Assembly (NCBI GenBank): GCA_050506795.1
Contig: JBJHCF010000024.1
Coordinates: forward strand, 1-64,000
Length of the DNA stretch: 64,000 nucleotides
Reading direction: 5' to 3'
From: Opitutia bacterium
Lineage (GTDB): Bacteria > Verrucomicrobiota > Verrucomicrobiia > Opitutales > T3Sed10-336
The position numbers were made by a program, and so were the translations under genes. The first letter of the stretch is position 1. Each line of letters opens with the position of its first letter. Under the pieces are notes generated by a model. That model was not told where the DNA came from and searched no databases. It saw nothing but the letters and a program-made list of their open reading frames with translations. This document shows, in pieces, positions 28,881 through 38,357 of the stretch.

Positions 28881-31800
28881 ATGAAAAACAATCGGATATT
28901 GGCATGGGTTTGTGTGGGCATAATGAGCGCAATGACTGGATCGGCGGAGGAGGCGGGGGATCAGATTCTCGACGGGATTGGCGAAACGGCGCTGATCGCG
29001 CGGTATCCCTTTGACGGCCATTTGCGGGACGCGTCCAGAAACGCGTATCATGCGAGTCTTCCTCCCGGGGAAAGGACGGGTTATCCCGAGGACGCGACGT
29101 TTGGAACGGTCCTATCGGCGCCCGGTGATAACGGCGGCTTTCCCAGGGTTCCCGGTGTGGCGCTGGCCTCGGCGGACGCTTTTTCGCTCAGCGGATGGTG
29201 GCAGGTCCGGGTTGATGGGGCTCCGGGTGTTTTTTTTGATTTTCGTTCCAGCGCCGGCGGACACCTGGGAGCGGAGTGGTTGGCGGACCGGTCGGTGGCC
29301 GTGCAATTGACCGCGAACGAGGGAGTCTATGCCGTCGATTCCGGCGAAGTTTCCGTTCCTGTGGGCGAGTGGGCGCATATTGCGGTGGTGTTGGATCCTT
29401 CCCAAAGAATATTGAGCCTCTATCTCAACGGTGAAAGGGTGGGGGCGACAGGTGATGTCGAGGTGCTGTTGGATGAGGTTTTCCCTCCGGATGATGCCGC
29501 CGGAAATCGTCTGTTTCTGGGATCCCCATCGAGAGTTGAAGGTGCCGACATAGTGAGACTGTACGATGTGCGGCTCTATAATATCGCGCTGGCGGACCAC
29601 GAAGTGAACCGGATTTTTACCGGAGTGACCGAAGGTCCGGGCGTCGACGATGCCGACGACATCGCCGCCGCCGATCGGGCGGCTTGGGCGATTGTGGCCG
29701 GGTTGCGCGGGGTTCCGGATATCGAAGTTGAAACGCGTCAGGGGCGCTTGCCCCACCTGCCGTGGTTCCTGCCGGGAGACTACGCCACCGGTCGTGAAGG
29801 GCCCCCCGTTCGGGTGATCTGGCCGGCGCCGAACGATATTTCCGCGGTGATGAACACGGGAGAATATTACCTGACCGGTACGGTTCCGGGTACCGACCTT
29901 CGTCCCCGGGCGAGGGTGTTGGTCAAGTCCTCCGGGGAGCCGCTGGCGGAACCGAGAACGGCTGACGGCGACGATTTGGGGATCGATTCGGGAGTGGTGA
30001 TTTACCGCGGAACAAGCGTCGATGGCGCGGGGCCCGGACGGGACTTGTATCCCTTCCCCTTGAACGCCGTACACCTGGAACCCGATGACCGGGGCGAACC
30101 CACGCCGTTCATGGAGAATCGGGACAAGTTCATCGACGGCCTGGTGGCCAGTTCGCCGGACCAGTTCCTTTACATGTTTCGTGACGCCTTCGGTCAACCC
30201 CAGCCGGAAGGCGCCGAGCCGCTGCGGGGCTGGGACGCGCGAACGGTCAAACTGAGAGGTCACGCCACCGGACATTATCTGACCGCCCTGGCTCAGGGCT
30301 ACGCGGGGGCGACCCACGACGACGAGGCGCGCGCGGCCTTGCGCGAGAAGATGGATTACATGGTGGAGGTCCTTTATGAACTGTCCTCCAAGTCCGGACG
30401 TCCCACCTCGGAAGGTGGCGAGTATAACGCCGATCCGACCGCGGTTCCGGTGGGGCCGGGAAAGGAACGGTACGATTCCGATCTTACCGAGGACGGCATC
30501 CGCACCGATTACTGGAATTGGGGCGAAGGTTTCATCAGCGCTTATCCTCCGGACCAATTCATTATGCTGGAAGACGGGGCCACCTACGGCGGGAGCGACC
30601 GTCAGATCTGGGCGCCCTACTACACCCTGGACAAGATTCTCAAAGGTCTGCTCGATTGTTATGAAGTGACCGCCGATGAAAGGGGGTTGGCCGTCGCAAC
30701 CCGCATGGGATTGTGGGTTTACGAACGCCTCAGGCCGCTGCCAGAAGATACGCTTGAAAGCATGTGGGGGCGCTATATAGCCGGGGAGTACGGCGGAATG
30801 AACGCGGTCATGGCCCGGTTGCATGCGGAAACCGGCGACGAGCGGTTCCTGGAAGGCGCGCGAATCTTTGATAATGTGTCCTTCTTTTACGGCGGTGCGG
30901 ACCGTCCTCACGGGCTTGCTCGTAACGTCGATACGATCCGGGGTCTGCACTCCAATCAGCACATACCGCAGATCATCGGCGCGCTCAGGATCTTTCGCGA
31001 ATCCGGCATTCCCGAATACTACCACATCGCGGAGAACTTCTGGAATTATTCGTATCACGCCTACACCTACAGCATCGGCGGAGTGGCCGGGGCCCGCAAC
31101 CCAAACAACGCCGAGTGTTATACCGCGGAGCCGGACAGTTTGTTCGCCATGGGCTTCTCCCAGGGGGGACAGAATGAAACCTGCGCCACCTATAATCTTC
31201 TCAAGCTAACCCGCGACCTGTTTATGCATAATCAGGACGGGCGTTACATGGACTACTATGAGCAGGCGCTTTATAATCAAATCCTCGCCTCGGTTTCCCT
31301 TGAGCATGCCGGCAACACCTATCACGTGCCGCTGAATCCCGGGGCGCGCAAGGGTTTTGGAAACGCGAACATGATCGGTTTCACCTGCTGCAACGGCACC
31401 GCGCTGGACAGCAATACAAAGTTGCAGAACTCCATCTATTTCAGAAACCGGGACAACACCGCTCTGTACGTTAATCTCTATATTCCCTCGACCCTCACCT
31501 GGGGCGAACGCGACGTCTCGATCAGGCAGGAGACCCGGTACCCTTATGGCGAAAGCACCCGGCTTACGGTCGAAGGCGACGGTGATCGCTTTGAGCTTTT
31601 CGTGCGAATTCCTGGATGGGTGGGTGAAGGCGCCAGTGTGACCGTAAACGGCGAAGCACCGGCCGGGGAAATGATTCCCGGGTCCTACCTCCGGATCGAT
31701 CGGGTCTGGACTGACGGCGACACGGTTGATCTGCACTTCCCCTTCGATTTCCGCCTGCATCGGGTTATGGATCGTCCGGACCTCGCCAGTATCTTCTACG

Positions 31801-32000
31801 GGCCGGTCCTGCTGGCGGTTGAGGAGGAGACGGCACTGTCGGACTGGCGCCGGGTGACACTGAATGTCGATGATATGGGATCCTCGCTGCAAGGAGATCC
31901 CGGATCGTTGCGCTTCGGTATCAATGGTTTGGGGCTGAAGCCGTTTTTTGAGTTTGGCACCGAACGTCACTCCGTCTATCTGAAAATACAGCCCGAATAA
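28881..32000 (+). CDS. Secreted GH127/GH146 beta-L-arabinofuranosidase with N-terminal LamG and Ig-like domains
   Basis: LRGHATGHYL, GEYGGMN, HSNQHIP, Zn/Cys motifs ETCATYN and FTCCNGT; LamG motif GEWAHIAVV..LYLNG; GGAG RBS before ATG 28881. Confidence 0.88.
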   Translation: MKNNRILAWVCVGIMSAMTGSAEEAGDQILDGIGETALIARYPFDGHLRDASRNAYHASLPPGERTGYPEDATFGTVLSAPGDNGGFPRVPGVALASADAFSLSGWWQVRVDGAPGVFFDFRSSAGGHLGAEWLADRSVAVQLTANEGVYAVDSGEVSVPVGEWAHIAVVLDPSQRILSLYLNGERVGATGDVEVLLDEVFPPDDAAGNRLFLGSPSRVEGADIVRLYDVRLYNIALADHEVNRIFTGVTEGPGVDDADDIAAADRAAWAIVAGLRGVPDIEVETRQGRLPHLPWFLPGDYATGREGPPVRVIWPAPNDISAVMNTGEYYLTGTVPGTDLRPRARVLVKSSGEPLAEPRTADGDDLGIDSGVVIYRGTSVDGAGPGRDLYPFPLNAVHLEPDDRGEPTPFMENRDKFIDGLVASSPDQFLYMFRDAFGQPQPEGAEPLRGWDARTVKLRGHATGHYLTALAQGYAGATHDDEARAALREKMDYMVEVLYELSSKSGRPTSEGGEYNADPTAVPVGPGKERYDSDLTEDGIRTDYWNWGEGFISAYPPDQFIMLEDGATYGGSDRQIWAPYYTLDKILKGLLDCYEVTADERGLAVATRMGLWVYERLRPLPEDTLESMWGRYIAGEYGGMNAVMARLHAETGDERFLEGARIFDNVSFFYGGADRPHGLARNVDTIRGLHSNQHIPQIIGALRIFRESGIPEYYHIAENFWNYSYHAYTYSIGGVAGARNPNNAECYTAEPDSLFAMGFSQGGQNETCATYNLLKLTRDLFMHNQDGRYMDYYEQALYNQILASVSLEHAGNTYHVPLNPGARKGFGNANMIGFTCCNGTALDSNTKLQNSIYFRNRDNTALYVNLYIPSTLTWGERDVSIRQETRYPYGESTRLTVEGDGDRFELFVRIPGWVGEGASVTVNGEAPAGEMIPGSYLRIDRVWTDGDTVDLHFPFDFRLHRVMDRPDLASIFYGPVLLAVEEETALSDWRRVTLNVDDMGSSLQGDPGSLRFGINGLGLKPFFEFGTERHSVYLKIQPE

Positions 32001-32080
32001 CGACGGCGGGACAGGTCGGTCGAATTCGAGGGTAGACCGCGGTCGGTAGGCGCGGAAATCATTAATTGAGGGGTACTGCT

Positions 32081-34840
32081 ATGCATTCGAGGAAACCTTT
32101 CCGCCATCTTTCGCTAATCGCAGGCCCGCTGATCGTGGGCGTCCTGGCGCAGGGGGCGGAAACGGGGCATCGATTCGAGCTCGAGAGCGACCGTGGAGCG
32201 ATCACCAGCCTGATGCATCGGGGGGATCGCTTTCCCACCGACTACGTCCGGCAGGGAGAACGCTTTGGCGATTGGGTGATCCAGGCGCGTGCGGGAGATC
32301 AGTCGGATTGGAACAGGATCGACACCGCGGCCCTGGTATCGGAGAACGCTGATCTTGAATCGCGCCACCAGGCGGACGGGACGTTCTCCGCCGCAGCGAC
32401 TCGAAGGGTCGGTGACGGTGAGCTCGCTCTTGCCTGGGGGGTTGCCTTGTCCGGAGATGACCTGCTCTGGAGGATCGAGCTGACCAATTCGGGGGAGGTG
32501 CCCGTGGAGATCGGCGATCTCGGCTTCCCCTTGCCGTCGAACTCCACCAACCACCCTAATTTTTCCCTTCGGGTCCTTCAGCATTCCCACATTGCCGGCG
32601 ACGGCTCGTATGTTTTCTGGACCCGTTGGACGACGGAACCGCCGTACCTCCTGATGTTGCCGGAGACAGGGACGGCGCTGGAATACTATCGGCGACACCC
32701 CGTGAGTGGGGGCGGCACTTCGCTCTACCATGCCTATGTTCACTCTCGCGCCCAGGAGGAAGTGATCGCGGGCGAGGGAGGGCGCTGGCGATGGGAGCAC
32801 ACTTCGGCGATCCTCGAACCCGGTGAAACCCTTGCCCGGGGATTCCGGTTGTCGTGGGCGGATGGGTACGACGATGTGCGCGCCCGCATCGCCGCGCACG
32901 GGTTGGTCGATGTCGAAGTGGCCCCCGGCATGACGGTGCCATCCGACCTGGAGGCACTGATCGCCTTGCGCAGTGCCGCGACCATTCACGGTGTCGAGCC
33001 CGAGTTCTCTGAGCAGACCGAGATCGAACTTCTGTCCGAGGAGGACGGAAAACACATTTACCGGGTTCGCATGCGACGTCTCGGCGAGAACACATTGACC
33101 GTGCATTTCGGGGAAGGGCAAAAACAGTGGCTCGAGTTTTTTGTTGCCGAACCGCTCGAAACGCTGATCAACAAACGCGCCCGTTTCATCGTCGAGCGGC
33201 AGCAGATCCGTGATGAATCGAAGTGGTACGACGGGCTGTTGAGCGACTGGAGCATGAAGGACGAAGTGCTCCTCACGCCGGATGAGCCCCACGACATTCC
33301 CGCCTCACGCAGTTACATGATCGCCAGCGACGATCCGGGTCTCTCGCGACCGGCGTTTCTCGCGGCGAAGAACGCCGAGTTTCCCGTTCAGGAAGAAGTT
33401 TCGGCGCTGGATTATTACATCGAAAACTTCGTGTGGGGCGGCTTGCAGATGACCCCGGAGGAAACCTACCCGTATGCGGTGTACGGGATTCCAAACTGGT
33501 ACGTTAACCGAAACAGCCCCGACCCGCGTCAGTACCGTCGCTCGCGGGTGTTTCGGGCGTACGATTATCCTCACATCATGCTAATGTACCACGGCATGTA
33601 CCGGGTGGCGAAAAATCATCCTTCGATCGAAACCCTTCTCACGGCGGAGGAATACCTCGACCGGGCATACCAGACAGCCATCGCCTTTTTTATCTATCCG
33701 GTGGAAGTTTACGACGGCCATCCGGCGTATCAGCACGAGACCGGGTACTTCAACGAGGTTCTGGTCAATCAACTGCTGGAAGACCTCGAGGCGACCGGGA
33801 GGGAGGATGAAGCTTACCGGTTGCGGCGGTACTGGGAAAAGAAAATCAATTACTTCATCGGCGGAAACCCGCGACTTTTCTATTCGGAATACGGTTTTGA
33901 CACCACCGGATTTGAATCCACCCACGCGCTGGCCCAATACGCCGACGCGCATGTCGACCGTCCGGCCGACCCGCTTTTGGCCATGGACGTCACCCGCGAG
34001 CAGGTCGACACCTTCATGCGCCACCAGATCGACCTGAACGTCGGCGCGCGGGGATGGCTCGAGCCCCACTATTACACCTACGGCTCCGACTACCGGAGAA
34101 CCAACGCGGGGTACCTCCTCAGCTACATGTCCCAGATGGGCGGCTGGGCCATATTGGATCACTCGCTGCATTACGCGGCCGATCCGCACGAGCACCTCAA
34201 GCTCGGCTACGGCTCCATTCTCAGCTCATGGGCCCTCATGAACACCGGCACCGAAGCGACCGGTTTCGGGTACTGGTATCCCGGGGAGATCAACGACGGC
34301 GGGGCCGGAGGCGGTTTCGAGCCCGAAGCGTACGGAAGCAACTGGCTGACCAACCCGCACAGCCGCGGTTCGTGGTATTACGGATGCGAAATCGACCTGG
34401 GCTTTTGCGGCTTTCTCCGCGCCGCCCGCACGGTGTTGACCCACGATCCGACCTTTGGTCCAATCGCCCTGGGGGGATCACTGGTGCGGAATGAACAGGA
34501 GTCGCGGGTCGAGCCCCGCGACGGAATCCGGCGCCGGTTCCACGTGATCCGGCCGGAGGACAACCAGCGCTTTCACCTGGAGCTGATCCAGGACCGTTTC
34601 GCGGCGGGACGGGAAATTCGGGTCCATCACGATCTCGATTATGTTGGTTTTACTTTGGAGCGGTCGGACGCCGCGCGGACCGAGGGGGAAATGACTCTAA
34701 GCGGATTGCCGGAAGGAGGGTACGAGGTGCACGTCGACGGAGAGGTTGTCCACGAGATCGATGTGGAGCCGCATGTCGCGCTCACCGTGGTTCTGGCGCT
34801 TGAAGACGAAAATCATGAAATTCTTATGCATAGGAAATAG
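32081..34840 (+). CDS. Secreted DUF5695-like putative glycoside hydrolase (paralog 2)
   Basis: Signal peptide; ASDDPGL, RAYDYPH, YSEYGFDTTGFE, LSYMSQMGG, which parallel the motifs of 26057..28834; GAGGGG RBS before ATG 32081. Confidence 0.7.
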   Translation: MHSRKPFRHLSLIAGPLIVGVLAQGAETGHRFELESDRGAITSLMHRGDRFPTDYVRQGERFGDWVIQARAGDQSDWNRIDTAALVSENADLESRHQADGTFSAAATRRVGDGELALAWGVALSGDDLLWRIELTNSGEVPVEIGDLGFPLPSNSTNHPNFSLRVLQHSHIAGDGSYVFWTRWTTEPPYLLMLPETGTALEYYRRHPVSGGGTSLYHAYVHSRAQEEVIAGEGGRWRWEHTSAILEPGETLARGFRLSWADGYDDVRARIAAHGLVDVEVAPGMTVPSDLEALIALRSAATIHGVEPEFSEQTEIELLSEEDGKHIYRVRMRRLGENTLTVHFGEGQKQWLEFFVAEPLETLINKRARFIVERQQIRDESKWYDGLLSDWSMKDEVLLTPDEPHDIPASRSYMIASDDPGLSRPAFLAAKNAEFPVQEEVSALDYYIENFVWGGLQMTPEETYPYAVYGIPNWYVNRNSPDPRQYRRSRVFRAYDYPHIMLMYHGMYRVAKNHPSIETLLTAEEYLDRAYQTAIAFFIYPVEVYDGHPAYQHETGYFNEVLVNQLLEDLEATGREDEAYRLRRYWEKKINYFIGGNPRLFYSEYGFDTTGFESTHALAQYADAHVDRPADPLLAMDVTREQVDTFMRHQIDLNVGARGWLEPHYYTYGSDYRRTNAGYLLSYMSQMGGWAILDHSLHYAADPHEHLKLGYGSILSSWALMNTGTEATGFGYWYPGEINDGGAGGGFEPEAYGSNWLTNPHSRGSWYYGCEIDLGFCGFLRAARTVLTHDPTFGPIALGGSLVRNEQESRVEPRDGIRRRFHVIRPEDNQRFHLELIQDRFAAGREIRVHHDLDYVGFTLERSDAARTEGEMTLSGLPEGGYEVHVDGEVVHEIDVEPHVALTVVLALEDENHEILMHRK

Positions 34841-34841
34841 T

Positions 34842-37800
34842 ATGGCTCGATCGACGGCATCCTGGCTTTGTCCCATATGGGCGCTCTTTGCTCTTTCGGC
34901 CGCCGGCGCCTCGCCGGCCGGTATCATTTACGAGATTGACACCGCTCCGGAGGAGCGGCTTGCCAATGCGTTTGTTCTCGGGGATTGGAGCCAGGGGGAC
35001 CTCGATGGCTGGCGGGTAATCGGCGGGCGGGGAGAGGTGCGCAACGGCGCGCTTCGGGTGATCCCGTCGGAAACCGGCTCTCCTTATGCCGCGATGGAAC
35101 TCGACGGTATCGAGGACGCGCCCGACCTTGCGTACGGTTTCCACAATTACCTGCAACTCCGGTTACGCCTTCCTCCGGGTGACTACGAATACGTCGCGGT
35201 CGATTTTGTCACGACCGAGCACGAAGGCTTCGCCGAGGACCGGCGGTTCCACATTCCCGGCGAGGAAATCCCCGCGGACGGTGGCTGGCGGGAGTATCGG
35301 ATCGACCTAGGACTGATCATCTGGTGGCGCGATCCGCTCACCGGGCTGCGCATAACGCCCCGCGGGCAGGCGGTCAGGGAGAGCGCTTTTGAGATCGACT
35401 ACGTCGAGATCGGCGACCTGCCGGGAGATGTGCTGCAAGTGAATACCGCTCTCAACTTTTTCGAAGACGAGACTCTTGACGATGTGAGCCGTGTTGAATC
35501 GAAACACTTCGTCGTCTGGTGGTCAGATTCGACCGAAGGCCGGTTCGATCCCGAGACTCATGGCCGCCGGGCATTGCGGATGCTTGAGGAGAGTTATCAG
35601 GTGTTTTGCAGATTACTCGGGTATGAGGACCCGTTTGAGCACACGGATCGCGCACAGCGGGATGGCACGCGCTACAAGCTTAATCACATCACCTGGTACG
35701 GCGGGTTCTGGATGGGCGGCGGGGATTTTACTTATTTCAACGTTCCGCCGGCAGGACTGCTCGACGAAGGTTGGGGGAACCCGGTGCCGCATGAATTCGG
35801 GCACGCCATCCAGGGTGCCCAGGCAAGTATCCTTGCCGGCGGGCATTGGGAGTCGCACGCGAACTTCCTGCGAGAGTACCGCACCACGTATTACGCGCCG
35901 TTTTTCCCTCCGGCAAATCGTTCCACCGTCGAACTCCACCCGCTGCGGCAGTCGAATTTCCGTCAGGACCATTCTCGCCTGATTTACGCCGATTACCGCA
36001 TTCACCTGGCCCTTGCGGACCACGGTGCGGCCTGGGGGCTCCCGTCGAATATCGACGCGGTGTTATGGTCCCTCGGCCCGCCGGAGCAGACCGTTTACGA
36101 ACGCCTTGAACTGGTGCTGCCCGAGGAACACGACATCAAAGACGTCGTCGCCAGCACGATTCGGCACTGGCCGATGCTCGACTTCGTCCACTCCGCGGAG
36201 ATCCGGGCGCACCGGTGGGCGAACGAAAGGGATCGGGCGTATTACGATTATATTACAGGTTCGCACCTGATTCCCGATGCCGCGGAGCCGGGTTGGTACC
36301 GCGTCCCCCTCGAACGCGCGCCGGAGAAGTTCGCGTTCATGTTTCATGAGATCGAACCTCTGGGGCCGACCGTGACCGCGACGCTGCGGGGATTGGAATT
36401 ATTCGCCGGCGACGAGGACTGGCGCTGGTGTTTCGTGGCCATCGACGCCGAGGACGATGCGCGCTACAGCGGATTGTCGGGACCGGGAAGGATGTCGTTT
36501 GATCTTACGGAAAGCGACAACCGGGTTTACATCGTGGTGGTCGCGACGCCGGGCGACACTTCTCTAAACCTGACTGATTTCAGTAATACCCGTCCGATCG
36601 GTCGCCATGTCGATCGGTTGCGCTACCCTTACGAGCTCTTCCTGGAGAACGCGTCACCGCTCAAACGTCCGCTGGACTGGACCAACGACGAAGGGGCGGC
36701 GCATCCCAATGGTGGAGGGTTTGTGGCTGCCACCGCCAGCGTTGATGAGACCGCGTACGTTGGTCCCAACGCTCGTGTGCTGGACAATGCGACCGTTCGG
36801 GGTGGCGCGAGGATTGAGGATTTCGCGGTCGTGGCCAACAACGCAACGGTCGAGGACCGGGCGATTGTCTCGGGGTTTGCTGCCGTGCTCGGCCGGGCGC
36901 GGGTTTCGGATGAGGCGCGCGTTCGGGATCGGGGAGTATTGACCCAGAACGCGCGTGCGGATGGGCATGCGCTTGTGGCGGGGCACGCGGTGCTGGAGGG
37001 AGGCGCGCGCGCCTCCGATCGCGCGATTGTCCGAGCCAGCGCCCAGCCTTTTGGAAACGGTCGGCTGACCGGATACGCGATTGCCGATTACGACTATTCG
37101 ATGGGCGACGACCTCGATGACGGCGTCCACTTCAACCATGTCCCCTGGGGAGGATGGTTCCGGGACTATTACAGTGCCACACAGCGCAAGCCGCGTGGTA
37201 TGACCGCGTCCTATCGCGTGGACGAGCCGGGAGGCGACCTGCTCTGGGACGAATTCGGGGCGCTTCATGCCCTGCTTCGCGGCAACCCCCGCCGGGTGGA
37301 ATCCGATTTTTTTGATCACCAGGTTCTGGAACTCAACGGGGTGGATCAATATGTGATTTTAGACCGGAGCCTGGCGGATGTCGCCGGAGCGACGTTTTCG
37401 ATGTGGGTCCGTCCGGCGGCCGGTGGCGACCGGGGGCCGCTGATTTCCTTGAGCTCCCCTGGAGGCGGGCACCTGCTGCTGGATCTCGGCGGGGACGATC
37501 GCGGACCGCGATTATCGCTCTCCCAGGGCGGTTCTTCTTTCCGAATTGAAGCTGGGCAGTCAGTTCCCGCGAACCAGTGGAGCCACATTGCCGTGACCCT
37601 TGGAGCGGACGAAGGCATCCTTTACGTGGACGGTGAAGCAGTCGCACGCGGTGCGCTGGATCTTCCGCTTCACACGCTTTTGGGTGCGAACGATTACAGT
37701 GCAGCCGAGGCGTTTTACCTCGGGCGTGACAACAACGGGCGCCTGCTCGCCGCCGCGCTCAACGATATGCGTTTCTATAACGCGGCGTTGACGCAAGAGG

Positions 37801-38339
37801 AGCTGCGAAGCGAGATGCATCGCTCGGGAGCCAGAATCGGGGCCTTCTTCGGCGACGAGGCGGCCGAGTTCGGCGAGCCCGACAGGACGGAGGAGTCCGG
37901 GGTTCCCAACGGGCTCGTGCGGATGCTGACCGCGGAGATCCGCCCCGACAGTTTCTCCGGCGGCGACTACTACCGGCCGATTCTCGACTCGAACGATGAG
38001 CGCAACGGCGGACGGCATGGCAGCGGTTTCGGGCTGATCGACGACCAGATTGTTGTCCGGCTCGATGGGCTGGGGTTCTGGCGAACTTCCGTGTCTGTGG
38101 ATCCGGCGAACTGGCACCGGATCACCGTTGCATTCGACGGATCCCGCGCGGCGGTTTACCTTGACGGCGAGCTTGCGGCGACGACCGAATACGAGGCCGA
38201 TCCCGATCGTTTGGCGGGAAAGAATTACCGTATTGGTTGGGGTCAGGGGAGCCAGGATGAGATCTCTCGCACCTACTTCCAGGGAGCGATTCGTGACCTG
38301 CGGATCTATGACCGTGTCTTCCGTCCGGCCGAGCTCTGA
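34842..38339 (+). CDS. Secreted Svx/AvrXca-like (DUF6055-like) gluzincin metallopeptidase with left-handed beta-helix and two LamG domains
   Basis: PHEFGHAIQ (35790-35804) with downstream WESHAN; HPNGGGFVAATASVDETAYVGPNARV followed by hexapeptide repeats; two WxH(I/V)xVT..YxDG LamG modules. Confidence 0.75.
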   Translation: MARSTASWLCPIWALFALSAAGASPAGIIYEIDTAPEERLANAFVLGDWSQGDLDGWRVIGGRGEVRNGALRVIPSETGSPYAAMELDGIEDAPDLAYGFHNYLQLRLRLPPGDYEYVAVDFVTTEHEGFAEDRRFHIPGEEIPADGGWREYRIDLGLIIWWRDPLTGLRITPRGQAVRESAFEIDYVEIGDLPGDVLQVNTALNFFEDETLDDVSRVESKHFVVWWSDSTEGRFDPETHGRRALRMLEESYQVFCRLLGYEDPFEHTDRAQRDGTRYKLNHITWYGGFWMGGGDFTYFNVPPAGLLDEGWGNPVPHEFGHAIQGAQASILAGGHWESHANFLREYRTTYYAPFFPPANRSTVELHPLRQSNFRQDHSRLIYADYRIHLALADHGAAWGLPSNIDAVLWSLGPPEQTVYERLELVLPEEHDIKDVVASTIRHWPMLDFVHSAEIRAHRWANERDRAYYDYITGSHLIPDAAEPGWYRVPLERAPEKFAFMFHEIEPLGPTVTATLRGLELFAGDEDWRWCFVAIDAEDDARYSGLSGPGRMSFDLTESDNRVYIVVVATPGDTSLNLTDFSNTRPIGRHVDRLRYPYELFLENASPLKRPLDWTNDEGAAHPNGGGFVAATASVDETAYVGPNARVLDNATVRGGARIEDFAVVANNATVEDRAIVSGFAAVLGRARVSDEARVRDRGVLTQNARADGHALVAGHAVLEGGARASDRAIVRASAQPFGNGRLTGYAIADYDYSMGDDLDDGVHFNHVPWGGWFRDYYSATQRKPRGMTASYRVDEPGGDLLWDEFGALHALLRGNPRRVESDFFDHQVLELNGVDQYVILDRSLADVAGATFSMWVRPAAGGDRGPLISLSSPGGGHLLLDLGGDDRGPRLSLSQGGSSFRIEAGQSVPANQWSHIAVTLGADEGILYVDGEAVARGALDLPLHTLLGANDYSAAEAFYLGRDNNGRLLAAALNDMRFYNAALTQEELRSEMHRSGARIGAFFGDEAAEFGEPDRTEESGVPNGLVRMLTAEIRPDSFSGGDYYRPILDSNDERNGGRHGSGFGLIDDQIVVRLDGLGFWRTSVSVDPANWHRITVAFDGSRAAVYLDGELAATTEYEADPDRLAGKNYRIGWGQGSQDEISRTYFQGAIRDLRIYDRVFRPAEL

Positions 38340-38357
38340 GCAACGAAAAAAAGGCGT

